From Archaeoglobus sp. JdFR-37 (GTDB taxonomy: Archaea > Halobacteriota > Archaeoglobi > Archaeoglobales > Archaeoglobaceae), in NCBI GenBank assembly GCA_002010215.1, contig MTMY01000003.1:124001-158141 (forward strand): a stretch of DNA of 34,141 bases, written 5' to 3'. The notes under the pieces were generated by a model. It was not told the DNA's origin, did no database searches, and worked only from the letters and a program-made list of their open reading frames with translations. How positions within the stretch are numbered: the first letter of the stretch is position 1; every line of letters begins with the position of its first letter. Below, piece after piece: positions 9,711 through 20,030 of the stretch. A program made the translations under genes and the position numbers.

Positions 9711-10659
9711 CAATTTTGGCAATGAAAAAGCCAGAACATCTGTGTTTATGGGGGAAAAGCCTCTTCGCTTTCCTGATCTCCGGATTAAGCTTCAGGCCTG
9801 GAAGCTCTGTCAGAGCATCATCCCCATAACTGACTTTCTCAAGATAAACATCGAATTCATCAATGACCTTGGACACAACAAGCTCATTTTCCTCTGGTGT
9901 CATTGAGCAGGTTGAATAAACTACCACACCACCTCTCTTCACGCTCATGATGGCGGATCTGAGGAGATCAAGCTGAAGGGAGGAGCAAAATCTTATGTCA
10001 TCCTCCCCTCTGCTAGTCTTTCTTGAGGGGTCCTTATGTATTACTCCTTCTCCGGTGCATGGAGCATCAAGCAGTATTTTATCAGCTTTGATGTTGAGTT
10101 CATGAAACCTTGTCGCGTTCATCCTAATTACTGCAGTGTTCATGACGCCCATTCGGTGGATGTTGTCTACAAGTGGCCCGATTCTTTCGGGATTAGCCTC
10201 TATGGCCAGCAATCTCCCCCTATTTCCCATGAGCTGTGCCAGAAAGGTTGTTTTGCCTCCAGGAGAAGCTGTAAAATCAACCACAAGCTCATTGGGATTG
10301 GGATTGAGTTCAATAGGAGGTATGCATGAGCTCTTATCCATCACATAATAATACCCCATCAGATACTCTGGGGTGGCTCCTACACTGAATGGCTCCTCCA
10401 CAATCTCGTAGCAATAAGGAACCTCAGTCTCCTTCAGCAAAAAACCTCTTTCTTTCAGCCTTTCCAAAAGCTCTTCTTCGCCGATTTTGAGGGTATTCAC
10501 CCTTATGTACTTGGGCACTCCTTTCTCCATTGCCTCAAGTATTTGCCTCGCCTCCTCACCAAAAAAAGCCAGCCATCTCCTCACTATAAACTCATCGTAG
10601 CCATATTTCTCTGCCAGCTTCCTAGATAAATCTGAAGAGGGAAAGTCAAGCACTGTCAT
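9694..10659 (-). CDS. RsmB/NOL1/NOP2/Sun family RNA cytosine-5 methyltransferase
   Basis: IRVNTLK, DFTASPGGKT, ILLDAPCTGEG, VYSTCS..PEENE, GFFIAK motifs; ATG 10659 preferred. Confidence 0.95.
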   Translation of the reverse strand: MTVLDFPSSDLSRKLAEKYGYDEFIVRRWLAFFGEEARQILEAMEKGVPKYIRVNTLKIGEEELLERLKERGFLLKETEVPYCYEIVEEPFSVGATPEYLMGYYYVMDKSSCIPPIELNPNPNELVVDFTASPGGKTTFLAQLMGNRGRLLAIEANPERIGPLVDNIHRMGVMNTAVIRMNATRFHELNIKADKILLDAPCTGEGVIHKDPSRKTSRGEDDIRFCSSLQLDLLRSAIMSVKRGGVVVYSTCSMTPEENELVVSKVIDEFDVYLEKVSYGDDALTELPGLKLNPEIRKAKRLFPHKHRCSGFFIAKIVRDGG

Positions 10660-10666
10660 TTCGAGG

Positions 10667-11200
10667 TCATCTATCGAAGAACGGGTTTTTGCCCAGAGAA
10701 GCAAGGGGGATTCCCATTACCACATCCGCCTTTGCAATTCCCAGCATTCTTGCAGCCACACCTATACGGTACATCACCCTGCTATCTACTCCAAAAATGC
10801 TACCAAGCTTTACCGCTGAGCCGATTGCAATCCCCATGTCCAGCACCCTAAACACGCAGTTCGGGCCAATGAAGTCTCTACCCTCCTTTCTAGCAGATGG
10901 CATCTCGTTGCAGTTAAAGCCGCAGGCACCGCAGTTGAGCATCAGAGGTTCTCCACCATCAACGCCTATGAGGAGGACACCCTCTGCCTTTCTGACTCCA
11001 TTGGCATCTCTTATGAAGTTCTTTCCTCTGCTTTCAGCCAACTCCTCCATCTTCTCAGCAATCCTATCCTTATCTTCTCCATCCACAAAAATTATCTCTA
11101 GGTAGTCTTCCCCCTTCCCCTTGGGGGCGGTTCTGGCAGAAACAGCCATCAAATATGCTGCAATTTTTATTGCTTCCTTTCTGAATTCCTCCTCTTTCAT
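10667..11200 (-). CDS. DUF2148-type ferredoxin-domain protein
   Basis: SARTAPKGKG, NCGACGF.C, GPNC...DMGIAIGSA, DSRVMYRIG, KNPFFDR motifs. Confidence 0.88.
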   Translation of the reverse strand: MKEEEFRKEAIKIAAYLMAVSARTAPKGKGEDYLEIIFVDGEDKDRIAEKMEELAESRGKNFIRDANGVRKAEGVLLIGVDGGEPLMLNCGACGFNCNEMPSARKEGRDFIGPNCVFRVLDMGIAIGSAVKLGSIFGVDSRVMYRIGVAARMLGIAKADVVMGIPLASLGKNPFFDR

Positions 11201-11253
11201 CCCATCACACCTCCTTACGATTTAAGCTCTCAACTCTCTAATCCCCTAAACCA

Positions 11254-12093
11254 TCAAAATGCACCGCCAGTGAATGCGATCAGTCCTATAAACATGGCTT
11301 TAAGCGTATCCTTCCTAAGTTTTCCTATCTCTTCTTTGCTTACTCCAGAAATTAACTTTCTGGAAATGCTGATGAGCATGGCATCTGTTATGGCAACTGG
11401 AATTATATACTTGAGATCCATAAATTCTGACAGAGTTAATGGCAAAAGGCTCAAGGCAACCGATGTAAGGAAGAGTACTGCAGAGATCCTTGATGCGAAG
11501 CTTATGCTTTTTACTCTCGCAACCGTCCTTACATTCCTCAACGCATCCCCCTCAACATCCTCTATTCCCTTCATTATCTCCCTCGCAAGCCCCGAGACGA
11601 AAGCGATGGCTGAGAGCACCACCACAGGAAGCCCAACGAGTCCAGCGACGACGCCTCCGAAGAGAAAAGGTGCTGCCATGGATGCAGCAATGTATACATT
11701 TCCTGCAACACCAAATTCCTTCAGCTTCACGTCGTATGCATAGCCCATTGCGGTTATAAAGAAGGCAAATAGGAAAGCATCATAGGATATCTTGAGGGCC
11801 GAGATGAGACCTGCCGGAGCCAGAATGATTGCAAAGAAGAGAGCATGTTCCTTTTTCAGCTCACCCCTCACCAAGGGTCTGTCTAACCTTCTGTTGGCAA
11901 TGTCAACTTCGTAATCAAAATAATCGTTCAAGGCGAAAGCTGAAGCCTGAAGAAAAAGGGCCGTGAGAAATCCGAAAAATGCTTTTTCAGCATCAAAGTT
12001 TGTGGCAGAAGAAATCACCATACCTGCTATTACTGCTATTCCGTACATTATTCCGTGCTCAAGTCTTAAAAGCTGCCAGACTGCCTTGATCAT
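11254..12093 (-). CDS. Digeranylgeranylglyceryl phosphate synthase (UbiA family)
   Basis: [19 protein letters not shown] and [13 protein letters not shown] motifs; multi-TM; ATGA-coupled to GGGP synthase. Confidence 0.92.
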   Translation of the reverse strand: MIKAVWQLLRLEHGIMYGIAVIAGMVISSATNFDAEKAFFGFLTALFLQASAFALNDYFDYEVDIANRRLDRPLVRGELKKEHALFFAIILAPAGLISALKISYDAFLFAFFITAMGYAYDVKLKEFGVAGNVYIAASMAAPFLFGGVVAGLVGLPVVVLSAIAFVSGLAREIMKGIEDVEGDALRNVRTVARVKSISFASRISAVLFLTSVALSLLPLTLSEFMDLKYIIPVAITDAMLISISRKLISGVSKEEIGKLRKDTLKAMFIGLIAFTGGAF

Positions 12094-12779
12094 GGTATCG
12101 TGGAGAGGTAGGCATCAATCCCCTCATCGTAGATGACGTTGCCCACCACAATTATGTCAGCATATCTCAGCATTTTTTCAGCCTTTTCAGCACTGTTAAT
12201 GCCCCCACCATAAATCAGCACACTTTTCTCCAATACACTCTTGACTTCTCTCACAATTTCTGGCTCGCCATAGGTTCCGCTGTATTCCACATATATTGCA
12301 TCCAGATTCAGTACCCTCTCTCCCACCACTGCAAAACTTGCCGCTTGAATTGGTGTCAGGTCAGTAATTGCATCTGTAACTCTTGCCACTGCTGAAGAAG
12401 GATTCAGAACTATATAACCTTCAAAGACGGTTTTGTCAACTACCTCAAAAAACTTCTTGAGACTTGCATAGTTGTTCTCAACCCATTTTGCGTGCTTTCC
12501 TGTAATCCACTCCCCCTTTCTGGAATTCAGCACTACAGGAACGAAAAGGTAGTCAGCCTCATAAACAACATTTGTCGGGTCTGAAGGCTCCATGATTGTC
12601 GGAAGGGCGTGTTCTTTCACGGCCTCGAACAACTTCTTTGCCTTTTCGTAGGTTACATTCTGGGTTCCACTCACCATGACCGCATCAGTGCCACCTTCCG
12701 CAACAGCCTTGATTATCTCTGGAGTGTTCTCCTTGTCTGGATCAAGCTTCGTTATGTGACGCCATTTTCTCCAGCTCAT
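12090..12779 (-). CDS. Geranylgeranylglyceryl phosphate synthase (group I, PcrB-like)
   Basis: [42 protein letters not shown] motifs; start ATG 12779. Confidence 0.95.
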   Translation of the reverse strand: MSWRKWRHITKLDPDKENTPEIIKAVAEGGTDAVMVSGTQNVTYEKAKKLFEAVKEHALPTIMEPSDPTNVVYEADYLFVPVVLNSRKGEWITGKHAKWVENNYASLKKFFEVVDKTVFEGYIVLNPSSAVARVTDAITDLTPIQAASFAVVGERVLNLDAIYVEYSGTYGEPEIVREVKSVLEKSVLIYGGGINSAEKAEKMLRYADIIVVGNVIYDEGIDAYLSTIP

Positions 12780-12911
12780 TGGCACCATTTCAAGCCATTC
12801 AGATTTAAGTTTTTGGTCATCCGATGATTCTAATCCGATGGTATCTAACGTCATTGGGACATAATTGGGGGTCAGCCAATTTTTATATAACATCTCTGCA
12901 ACCCCCTCTTC

Positions 12912-13505
12912 ATGAATTCCCTAGATCTTTTCAGCTTCGCAGCCATGGTTGCCCTGATCAGCCTTAGCGGCGTCATGGCTCCAGGCCCGTTATTTGCAGC
13001 AACCATTGCAGCAGGAAGAGACGATCCAAGAGCAGGATTTATGATATCTGCCGGTCATGCAGCAGTCGAAATCCCCTTAATCGCCATCCTCTTTCTCTTC
13101 GGCTCATTTCTTGGAGAAGTTGAGAGGAGAATTCTGGCTTTTGTTGGAGGAGTTGTTCTACTATATATCGCTTACACGGAGCTTCGAAGCGAGATGGAAA
13201 AGAAAGTTTTCAGGAATTTTTTCACCGGAGCCATTATGAGTGCCCTCAACCCTTACTTTCTGCTGTGGTGGGCTACCATTGGTCTTTCACTGGCAACGAA
13301 GGCTGTGGACCTTGGAATGATTGGGCTTCTGGTTTTCATCGTTGTCCATGAAGCTTGTGATTTTGGCTGGCTGGGCTTTGTAGGATACAGCTCAGGTAAA
13401 GGAGCCACAATCTGGGGAGATAAAGCAGTTAAAACCCTTAAAATTGTATCATCCGGGCTTTTAGCAGTGTTTGGAATCTACTTCATCGTATCTGCACTTA
13501 TTTGA
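12912..13505 (+). CDS. LysE-family translocator
   Basis: [24 protein letters not shown] motifs; hydrophobic. Confidence 0.9.
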   Translation: MNSLDLFSFAAMVALISLSGVMAPGPLFAATIAAGRDDPRAGFMISAGHAAVEIPLIAILFLFGSFLGEVERRILAFVGGVVLLYIAYTELRSEMEKKVFRNFFTGAIMSALNPYFLLWWATIGLSLATKAVDLGMIGLLVFIVVHEACDFGWLGFVGYSSGKGATIWGDKAVKTLKIVSSGLLAVFGIYFIVSALI

Positions 13506-13542
13506 CAGATTTGAATCCACCGATTGATCCCACAGAATTGAA

Positions 13543-14220
13543 TCACAAAGTTGGATCAACAATACCTTCATACCCTATTTTGACTCTCCAGCTTCTGGGT
13601 TCAAGCCCCTTGATTATACTCTGGTCAATGCTTAGGATGAAGTTGTCATCACCAAAAATAGCATCATCCTTTCTGATGCCGATTATTACGTCATAGAGCT
13701 TTTCGACGATACGATTAAGATGTTCATCCAGAATTCCTGCAGAATAATAATCTAGAAGTGTTATTCCGTCTGGAATGGCATCAAAAAGCCTCAAGATCTC
13801 GCCAAGAACAGTCTTACCGTGAATTGCCGGAATAAGGTAAAGCCCACGTATCATTAGAAACGCATCATTTGGGAGGGTTGAGAGGACGCTTTCCAGAGAT
13901 TTTAATTCCTCCTCGACGTCACCACTCTTTATGAACTCATAAAGCATGCCATAGCTGCAATCCCTTGTGTTGCCAATTTTGATTATTTTCATTCTCTTGA
14001 AAATTTCAGCTAGCTGGGGGTTCTCATTTTTAAGAGACTTATATATTTCACCCATTCTTCTGCTGGAAGTTTCAGAATAACTGACCACATAAAGTTCCTT
14101 TATTTTTGAGAAATGAGGAATGATGTTGTAAAAAGTGAAAACCATAGCTGCATAAGTATCCTCGTAAACAAGTCTTGTTCTCCTACCGTCCATTTTCTGA
14201 AACAGGTATTCGAAGTCCAT
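13543..14220 (-). CDS. Hypothetical protein, DUF257/degenerate KaiC-like fold
   Basis: Alpha/beta pattern ending ...EKLYDVIIGI...ILSIDQS; no Walker A; SD AGGTG before ATG 14220. Confidence 0.55.
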   Translation of the reverse strand: MDFEYLFQKMDGRRTRLVYEDTYAAMVFTFYNIIPHFSKIKELYVVSYSETSSRRMGEIYKSLKNENPQLAEIFKRMKIIKIGNTRDCSYGMLYEFIKSGDVEEELKSLESVLSTLPNDAFLMIRGLYLIPAIHGKTVLGEILRLFDAIPDGITLLDYYSAGILDEHLNRIVEKLYDVIIGIRKDDAIFGDDNFILSIDQSIIKGLEPRSWRVKIGYEGIVDPTL

Positions 14221-14332
14221 AATTGCACCTTGAATTGTGATTGTAGTAGTTGTTGTTATAATCATAAAATCTTTAAAATCTTTTCGTTCAATTCACGATA
14301 GATTTTATTTAACTCCTGCGTGAATTTTGGTT

Positions 14333-15760
14333 ATGAAAGTTGTGACTTCTGAGGAAATGGCGATTATAGATGTTAATTGCGAGTATTATGGTCTTTCGAG
14401 ACTCCAGCTCATGGAAAATGCTGGTAAAGCCGTTGCTGAAGAGGTCAAAAAGAGATTTGAGGATTGTAACGTAACTATTCTGGCTGGAACCGGGAACAAT
14501 GGTGGAGATGGATTTGTTGCAGCCAGATTTTTGAAGGATTACGATGTCGAAGTGCTCCTTCTCGGCAGAGGGAGAGACATAAGGAGTGAAATTGCCAGAA
14601 GAAACTTTGAGATTTTGAAGATATGCGGCGTGAAAATAGCGGAGATCAGAGATTCAAATGAAATAGAGAAGGTAGAAGAAATAGAAAGTGAAGTTATTAT
14701 TGACGCCATGTTAGGAACGGGCTTTAAAAGTAATCTCAGACAGCCCTTTGCCAGAGCTATAGATGTTGTGAACTCCAGCAATGCCTTTGTTGTTGCAGTT
14801 GACGTTCCAAGTGGTCTGAACCCCGACACAGGGGAGTATGTAAAGGCAGTAAAGGCTAATGTAACGGTTACATTCCACGCCGCAAAGCCTGGGTTACTTA
14901 AGGCAAGAGATGTTTCAGGAGAGGTGGTTGTTGCTGATATAGGTATTCCTGAATTTTTGGAGAGGCTTTGCGGTCCTGGGGATGTAAAATCCACCTACAG
15001 ACGTTTCGATAACGCTCATAAAGGCATGCACGGCAGGGTTATGATACTGGGCGGTGGCGAATATACTGGAGCCCCTGCTCTGGCAGCCATGGCAGCCTAT
15101 GCAGCAGGAGCAGATATAGTGACAGTTGTTACACCTGAGAGGATAAAAGGAATCATCGCATCATTCAGCCCGAATCTCATTGTGAGAGGAGTAAAAGAGC
15201 TCTCTGTGAGCTGTGTGGAGGAAATTGCAGAACTTGCTGCCAGACATCATGTGGTGGTGGCAGGCATGGGGACAGAGAACATTGCTGAGCTCATGGAGGA
15301 GCTTTTCAAGTTTGAGGTGGACAAGGCTGTTTTGGATGCCGGTGCCCTGCTTGACAAAGTTCCTGAAAATAAAGAAGTAATTTTAACACCTCATGGAGGA
15401 GAGTTCAGGAGAGTTTTCGGAGGTGAACCCTCTCCTGAGAACGTTATGAAAGTAGCAAAGAAAAGCGAGGCAACAATTCTGCTTAAGGGAGAAAAAGACG
15501 TCATCAGTGATGGGAAAAGGATGAAGGTAAATCAAAGCGGAAATGCGGGCATGACTGTAGGCGGGACGGGAGACGTTCTTGCCGGAATATGTGGAGCTTT
15601 CCTAGCACTGAGTAATCCTTTCAGAGCTGCCTGCTCTGCAGCCTTCGTCAATGGGATGGCTGGCGACATGTGCTTTCAGAAAAAAGGTTACAATTTTACG
15701 GCAACGGATGTGGTAGAGAGGGTGGCAGAGGCGATAAAGAAGTGTTTGGAGTTTGATTAA
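14333..15760 (+). CDS. nnr: Bifunctional NAD(P)H-hydrate epimerase/dehydratase
   Basis: LMENAG, GNNGGDG, DAMLGTG, AVDVPSG, HKG..G, TPH.GEF, GGTGDVLAG motifs. Confidence 0.96.
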   Translation: MKVVTSEEMAIIDVNCEYYGLSRLQLMENAGKAVAEEVKKRFEDCNVTILAGTGNNGGDGFVAARFLKDYDVEVLLLGRGRDIRSEIARRNFEILKICGVKIAEIRDSNEIEKVEEIESEVIIDAMLGTGFKSNLRQPFARAIDVVNSSNAFVVAVDVPSGLNPDTGEYVKAVKANVTVTFHAAKPGLLKARDVSGEVVVADIGIPEFLERLCGPGDVKSTYRRFDNAHKGMHGRVMILGGGEYTGAPALAAMAAYAAGADIVTVVTPERIKGIIASFSPNLIVRGVKELSVSCVEEIAELAARHHVVVAGMGTENIAELMEELFKFEVDKAVLDAGALLDKVPENKEVILTPHGGEFRRVFGGEPSPENVMKVAKKSEATILLKGEKDVISDGKRMKVNQSGNAGMTVGGTGDVLAGICGAFLALSNPFRAACSAAFVNGMAGDMCFQKKGYNFTATDVVERVAEAIKKCLEFD

Positions 15761-15779
15761 GGCAAAATTTTACTGAGAG

Positions 15780-16223
15780 GTGGTCTGCATACCTCCACTC
15801 AACTCAAACCTTCATGCAAACCCCCCACCAGGATATCAGCCATTCAACATACCGTATCAGACAGTTTTACCTTTCGTTTTCACCTTCGACTATCTGATTG
15901 ACTTTGCCGTGCTTGCAGCGGTTTTTACAATCCTCAAAACGGGAGTAAAAATCAGAGATAAAAAATTTGCAGCCTACATTCTGATTGTAACAGTAGGCGG
16001 CATGATTATTGACTTCGCGGTAATAGAATTTGTAAAGTCTTTCCTTTTCTCACGTCAGGCCATTATTCTCAACACAGAATTTCTGGCATTCATATTTTTG
16101 GCAGTCTACAATTTCATTCTGGCCAAACTGATATATGAGCTGGACTCTGGTCATGCAATGCTTGCAGCAATTGCAATGGGGATTTTCAGTAATCCTGCTC
16201 TGTGGATGGCCTTACTCCTCTGA
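15780..16223 (+). CDS. Hypothetical integral membrane protein
   Basis: About 4 hydrophobic segments after a Pro-rich N-terminus; start codon uncertain. Confidence 0.6.
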   Translation: MVCIPPLNSNLHANPPPGYQPFNIPYQTVLPFVFTFDYLIDFAVLAAVFTILKTGVKIRDKKFAAYILIVTVGGMIIDFAVIEFVKSFLFSRQAIILNTEFLAFIFLAVYNFILAKLIYELDSGHAMLAAIAMGIFSNPALWMALLL

Positions 16224-17261
16224 TTTACTTTTATCTTGACCTTCAGTCTCCTGAGGTTCTTGACTCTCTTCGCTCTCCCTTCTAATCCTTTTCCTGTACT
16301 CCTCATACCTCTTCCTTGCCTCTTCAGCCTTCTGTCCATCACCAAGCTTCTCATAAGCCTCAGCAACGTGTTTCCACCATGCCTCATCCTCTTCAGCTTC
16401 TTTTTCGCAGTACTCAGCATACTTCTGCCATGCAAGCCCTGCTTTTTCAACCTCGCCAAGCTTCTCATACAGCTTTCCAACATCTTCCCAGAACACTCCT
16501 TCTTCCTGGGCCTCCTTTTCGTAGTACTCTATTGCCTTTCTGTAGCACTCCTCTGCCTTATCCTTTATCCCCGCTTCGTTGTACAGCTGAGCTGCATCTT
16601 CCCAGTACCAAGGCTCATCCTCCGCATATCTAACCAGACACTCGGCAGCCTTCTCTTTGTTCCCTGCCTTCTTCCAGAACTCGTAAGCCTCTTTCCAGTA
16701 GTATGACTCCTCTTTCTCCTCTGCAATCTCCTCATAAAGCCTCGCAGCATCCTCGAACCTCTCAGCCTTCTCATAGCACCAAGCAGCTGATTCTTTCATT
16801 CCAGCCTTAATGTAGTTCTCCGCAGCTCTAACATAATCTCCCTTCTTTTCGAACTTCCTAGCTGCTGCTCTGTAATTTCCTGACTTCTCTAAGGATTCAG
16901 GACTCCGCAACCTCTCGGAGATGCTAAGGTCGGGTTCACTGATGTACCACAGTCCAAGAGCTGCAGAAAGGGCGTAGAAGGCTATAATGTAGACGATGTG
17001 TAACGGCTGATCCCAGCTGTAGGATTGATAGACGGCATAACCACTTATTGCGGTCACAATCAGACTCATAACTCCATATTTGATATTCTTGGCATAGAAC
17101 AGCACGCCTGTCATCACTGCCAGCATCAGCGTCAACATGGCAAAACCTAGACCGAGAATAAGTCTAAGCAGGAATATTCCACCAAAATACCACCAGATGG
17201 CTGCAATTAGTGCAACTACTATCAAAGCAAATGCAACAATGGCTGCAGTAAACCTATCCAT
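16212..17261 (-). CDS. Membrane-anchored TPR/SNAP-like helical repeat protein
   Basis: About 4 N-terminal TM helices then repeats AA..Y.KAG..E.AA and YW..A...Y.K.G; acidic tail. Confidence 0.8.
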   Translation of the reverse strand: MDRFTAAIVAFALIVVALIAAIWWYFGGIFLLRLILGLGFAMLTLMLAVMTGVLFYAKNIKYGVMSLIVTAISGYAVYQSYSWDQPLHIVYIIAFYALSAALGLWYISEPDLSISERLRSPESLEKSGNYRAAARKFEKKGDYVRAAENYIKAGMKESAAWCYEKAERFEDAARLYEEIAEEKEESYYWKEAYEFWKKAGNKEKAAECLVRYAEDEPWYWEDAAQLYNEAGIKDKAEECYRKAIEYYEKEAQEEGVFWEDVGKLYEKLGEVEKAGLAWQKYAEYCEKEAEEDEAWWKHVAEAYEKLGDGQKAEEARKRYEEYRKRIRRESEESQEPQETEGQDKSKSEE

Positions 17262-17346
17262 ATTTTCCCACCCTCCGGATATTCATCCTCTAGGCATTCA
17301 TTTTTCTGGTAAAGTATTTTATCCTTAATTCTCCAGCATCCCTGGA

Positions 17347-18996
17347 ATGATCGACAGAGAGTTACTGGAGAGGTTTTACACAAAGATATTCTCTATTCCA
17401 AAGAAAAGGCTTTCGGTAGCTATTGGCATTGTTTCCATAGTCTTTGCATCCATTTTGAATGGAATGGCTGGCAAAGCATTCTTCGCACAGCGATACTTTT
17501 TCATCGGTTTAGCTTTTATAATTTCTCTATTTATTCTGAGACCGGTAATAGGGGCCGCATATAACAGCAGAAGAATTTTTTTCCTGTCGTTAATTCTACT
17601 CATAGGGGTTGAAATATTTGACTTTATTGTCATACATCTTTCCGCTTTTGACTTGATAGTTGTAGCTCCAGCCTCTCTAAGCTTTTTCCTGATTCTGGTG
17701 CTATATTTTACTTCCAGAGTCCACTTCAAATACGTTCTAACGTCATCAATCATCCTTCTTTTTTTGGTATATCCTGTTAACCATCTGTATTCCTTCCAAG
17801 CCCCCCATCGATTGACTGCATACATGATTGCATCGTTAGCAGGAGCTCTGTTTTCATTTGCTTACATGCGGTACATAGACAGGAACATCGGCGGAATTGC
17901 AATCAAAGAGCTTCTCAGGAGCTTTATACTATTCTGGCTCACCAGCGATGCAAACTATTTCGAAAAGGAGCTTGAGAAGTATGGTGTGGAGAAGAAGGGT
18001 TCTGTTAAGTGTTTGACCATTGGAGATGTAAAAATAACCTCATCCACATTTCATCCAGGCCCCATCAGGAACATCGGTGGAGGAAGCTTGGTCGGGGCAT
18101 TTCTGGAGAGATACAGCATGTATCTGCATTCAGCCTCGAAACATGAGGACAATCCTGTGAGTGGTAGAGAAGTGGAAAAAATAGTTTCTTCGGTGGTTTG
18201 CGATGAGGTAGGGCTGAGAGCTTTTAAGCCCTTCAGCGTTGAGGGAAAACGCTACACACTTCACGTCTTCCCCTTTGATCATGCAACCCTTCTGATTCTC
18301 GATGGTAGAGATGCTGCCGATGATTTGCCGTCTCAGCTCAACGATGTAGCCAAAAAGTACTTCATCAATCCAATACTATGCGAGGCGCACAGCTGCTACG
18401 CTGAAGGCTTTGAGGTGTCAGCGGAGGACATACTGGAGATTGAGGAACTGTTTGAAAGAGCTTCGGATATTGAGACAGAGCAGGCAGAGTTAAAGTATGC
18501 TTTCCACACTAAGAAAGCTGAGAGTCAGAGCTTATGCGGCCATATTTCTTTCCTCCTTCTCAGGTATGTCAGTTACTCTGGAAACACATCAGAAAAATAC
18601 GGAATTCTGCTTCTCGACTCCAACAATGTTGAGAGAGAGCTTAAAAGAAAGGTTGAAGAGTTTGGGGATGAAAGAGGAGTAAAAATAATAGTTACCAGCA
18701 CCGATAATCACGCCAAAACAGGTGTCTCGCCAAAAATAGGTTACAAACCCGCTGGGTTAGAAGACTGGAGCGTTGTGCAGGGTTTTCTTGAAGAGGCTCT
18801 TGCAAAAGAAGTAAAGAAAGCTGAGAAGATATGTTACGGTATCAATGAGGTTGTGGCGAAAGTTATGGGTAGGAGATTTTTTGAGAGCGTAGAGAGAGCC
18901 TTCAGAGAGATCGGTGAGACAGCTATCTATCTCTTTCTCCTCCTCTCCTCCCTCAACATTGTGTTGACTGTGCTGCTGGGCCTCACGATAATCTGA
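17347..18996 (+). CDS. DUF2070-type membrane protein
   Basis: N-terminal TM block, HPGP.RNIGG, H...HEDNP, EAH, DSNN, STDNH motifs, C-terminal TM. Confidence 0.85.
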   Translation: MIDRELLERFYTKIFSIPKKRLSVAIGIVSIVFASILNGMAGKAFFAQRYFFIGLAFIISLFILRPVIGAAYNSRRIFFLSLILLIGVEIFDFIVIHLSAFDLIVVAPASLSFFLILVLYFTSRVHFKYVLTSSIILLFLVYPVNHLYSFQAPHRLTAYMIASLAGALFSFAYMRYIDRNIGGIAIKELLRSFILFWLTSDANYFEKELEKYGVEKKGSVKCLTIGDVKITSSTFHPGPIRNIGGGSLVGAFLERYSMYLHSASKHEDNPVSGREVEKIVSSVVCDEVGLRAFKPFSVEGKRYTLHVFPFDHATLLILDGRDAADDLPSQLNDVAKKYFINPILCEAHSCYAEGFEVSAEDILEIEELFERASDIETEQAELKYAFHTKKAESQSLCGHISFLLLRYVSYSGNTSEKYGILLLDSNNVERELKRKVEEFGDERGVKIIVTSTDNHAKTGVSPKIGYKPAGLEDWSVVQGFLEEALAKEVKKAEKICYGINEVVAKVMGRRFFESVERAFREIGETAIYLFLLLSSLNIVLTVLLGLTII

Positions 18997-19006
18997 AATG
19001 ACTTGA

Positions 19007-19138
19007 TCATCTAAGGAGAGACCGGCAGTTCCTGCACAGCCCGTGGTGGAAGTGACAAAGGCTGCATATTGGCTTTAAGCATCTTCTGCACTTCATTGTG
19101 GCAATTCTGGTTTTGCAGACCTGGCACTTCTCTGCCAT
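19007..19138 (-). CDS. 43-aa zinc-finger microprotein with four CxxC pairs (not in ORF track)
   Basis: Hand translation MAEKCQVCKTRIATMKCRRCLKPICSLCHFHHGLCRNCRSLLR*; 37 bp downstream of thi4, same strand. Confidence 0.85.
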   Translation of the reverse strand: MAEKCQVCKTRIATMKCRRCLKPICSLCHFHHGLCRNCRSLLR

Positions 19139-19175
19139 TCTGTCATCTCTTTTTTTGTATTTTTGGTTTCTTCCG

Positions 19176-19958
19176 CTATTGTTTCCTCTCCAAATCCCAC
19201 ATTATCTGTTCTGCAACTCTCCTTCCACTCAGCAGCATCCCTCCAAATATTGGCCCCATCCTCGGCAAGCCATGCACCGCTGAGACCGCCATGCCTGCCA
19301 CATAAAGTCCTTCTGCAACCTTTCCAGTCTTCTCAACCACAAGCTTCTCTGAAATCTCGCTGTAAGCGGACTTCTCGCCATGAATAAATATCTCAAGTTC
19401 CGGTATTTTTCTTGCAGCGACGCTTACGACCTCGGCATCATGTCCGGTTGCGTCAACAACAGCCCTGCTCTCAATCATCAGCGGGTCAACATGTAGGCCT
19501 GATATCTGAACAGCGCTCCATTGGATTAGCACACCTGTTATACGGAGCGGATCATCCCTAAAAACCACATCGTCAACAGTCACGCCGTGAATTATCCTCG
19601 CTCCACTGTCTATGGCTGCAACAGCCAGCTTGGCCATCATCTCACTGGCATCCACCACATAAAGCCCATTTTCAGCCTCTTTAAGCCTCACTCCTACCTC
19701 TTCCAGAATCTCGTGGGCGGGCTCTTCAATGACAATCTTGTGGAAGAGCATTCCTCCCCCACCTATACCACCTCCAAAGCTAAGGCGGCGCTCGAAGACA
19801 ACGGTTTTGAAGCCAAATTCGCACAGATAGCGGGCAGCAGTCATGCCTGCTGGGCCAGCTCCAACCACCACAACATCTGTTTCAACGATATCCTCCCATT
19901 CCTTGGCGGCTTCCCTGACTATGTATCTCGTAATCCCCTTCTCACTGAATGTAGGCAT
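19176..19958 (-). CDS. thi4: Sulfide-dependent thiazole synthase Thi4 (His type)
   Basis: [45 protein letters not shown] motifs; start ATG 19958. Confidence 0.95.
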   Translation of the reverse strand: MPTFSEKGITRYIVREAAKEWEDIVETDVVVVGAGPAGMTAARYLCEFGFKTVVFERRLSFGGGIGGGGMLFHKIVIEEPAHEILEEVGVRLKEAENGLYVVDASEMMAKLAVAAIDSGARIIHGVTVDDVVFRDDPLRITGVLIQWSAVQISGLHVDPLMIESRAVVDATGHDAEVVSVAARKIPELEIFIHGEKSAYSEISEKLVVEKTGKVAEGLYVAGMAVSAVHGLPRMGPIFGGMLLSGRRVAEQIMWDLERKQ

Positions 19959-20030
19959 GATGGAGCAACAGACTATCATCTATAAAATTCATGCGGAAGC
20001 TTTTTTATTTAGAAGAGTATTGATACAGTT

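Noticed and set aside
12798..12856. Possible C/D box sRNA in the GGGP synthase 5' region (ATGACG...CTGA, CATCGGAT repeat)
   Set aside because: The C, D' and C' boxes are all degenerate and the spacing is irregular; not supportable without a covariance-model scan.
14221..14265. Thr/Ile-rich extension MIITTTTTITIQGAI resembling the E. coli thrL leader
   Set aside because: It is in frame with the gene with no stop. A BRE/TATA (CGAAAAGATTTTAAAG) ends only about 5 bp upstream of this ATG, so the transcript probably starts downstream of it. The gene has no evident link to Thr/Ile and has its own SD at ATG 14220.
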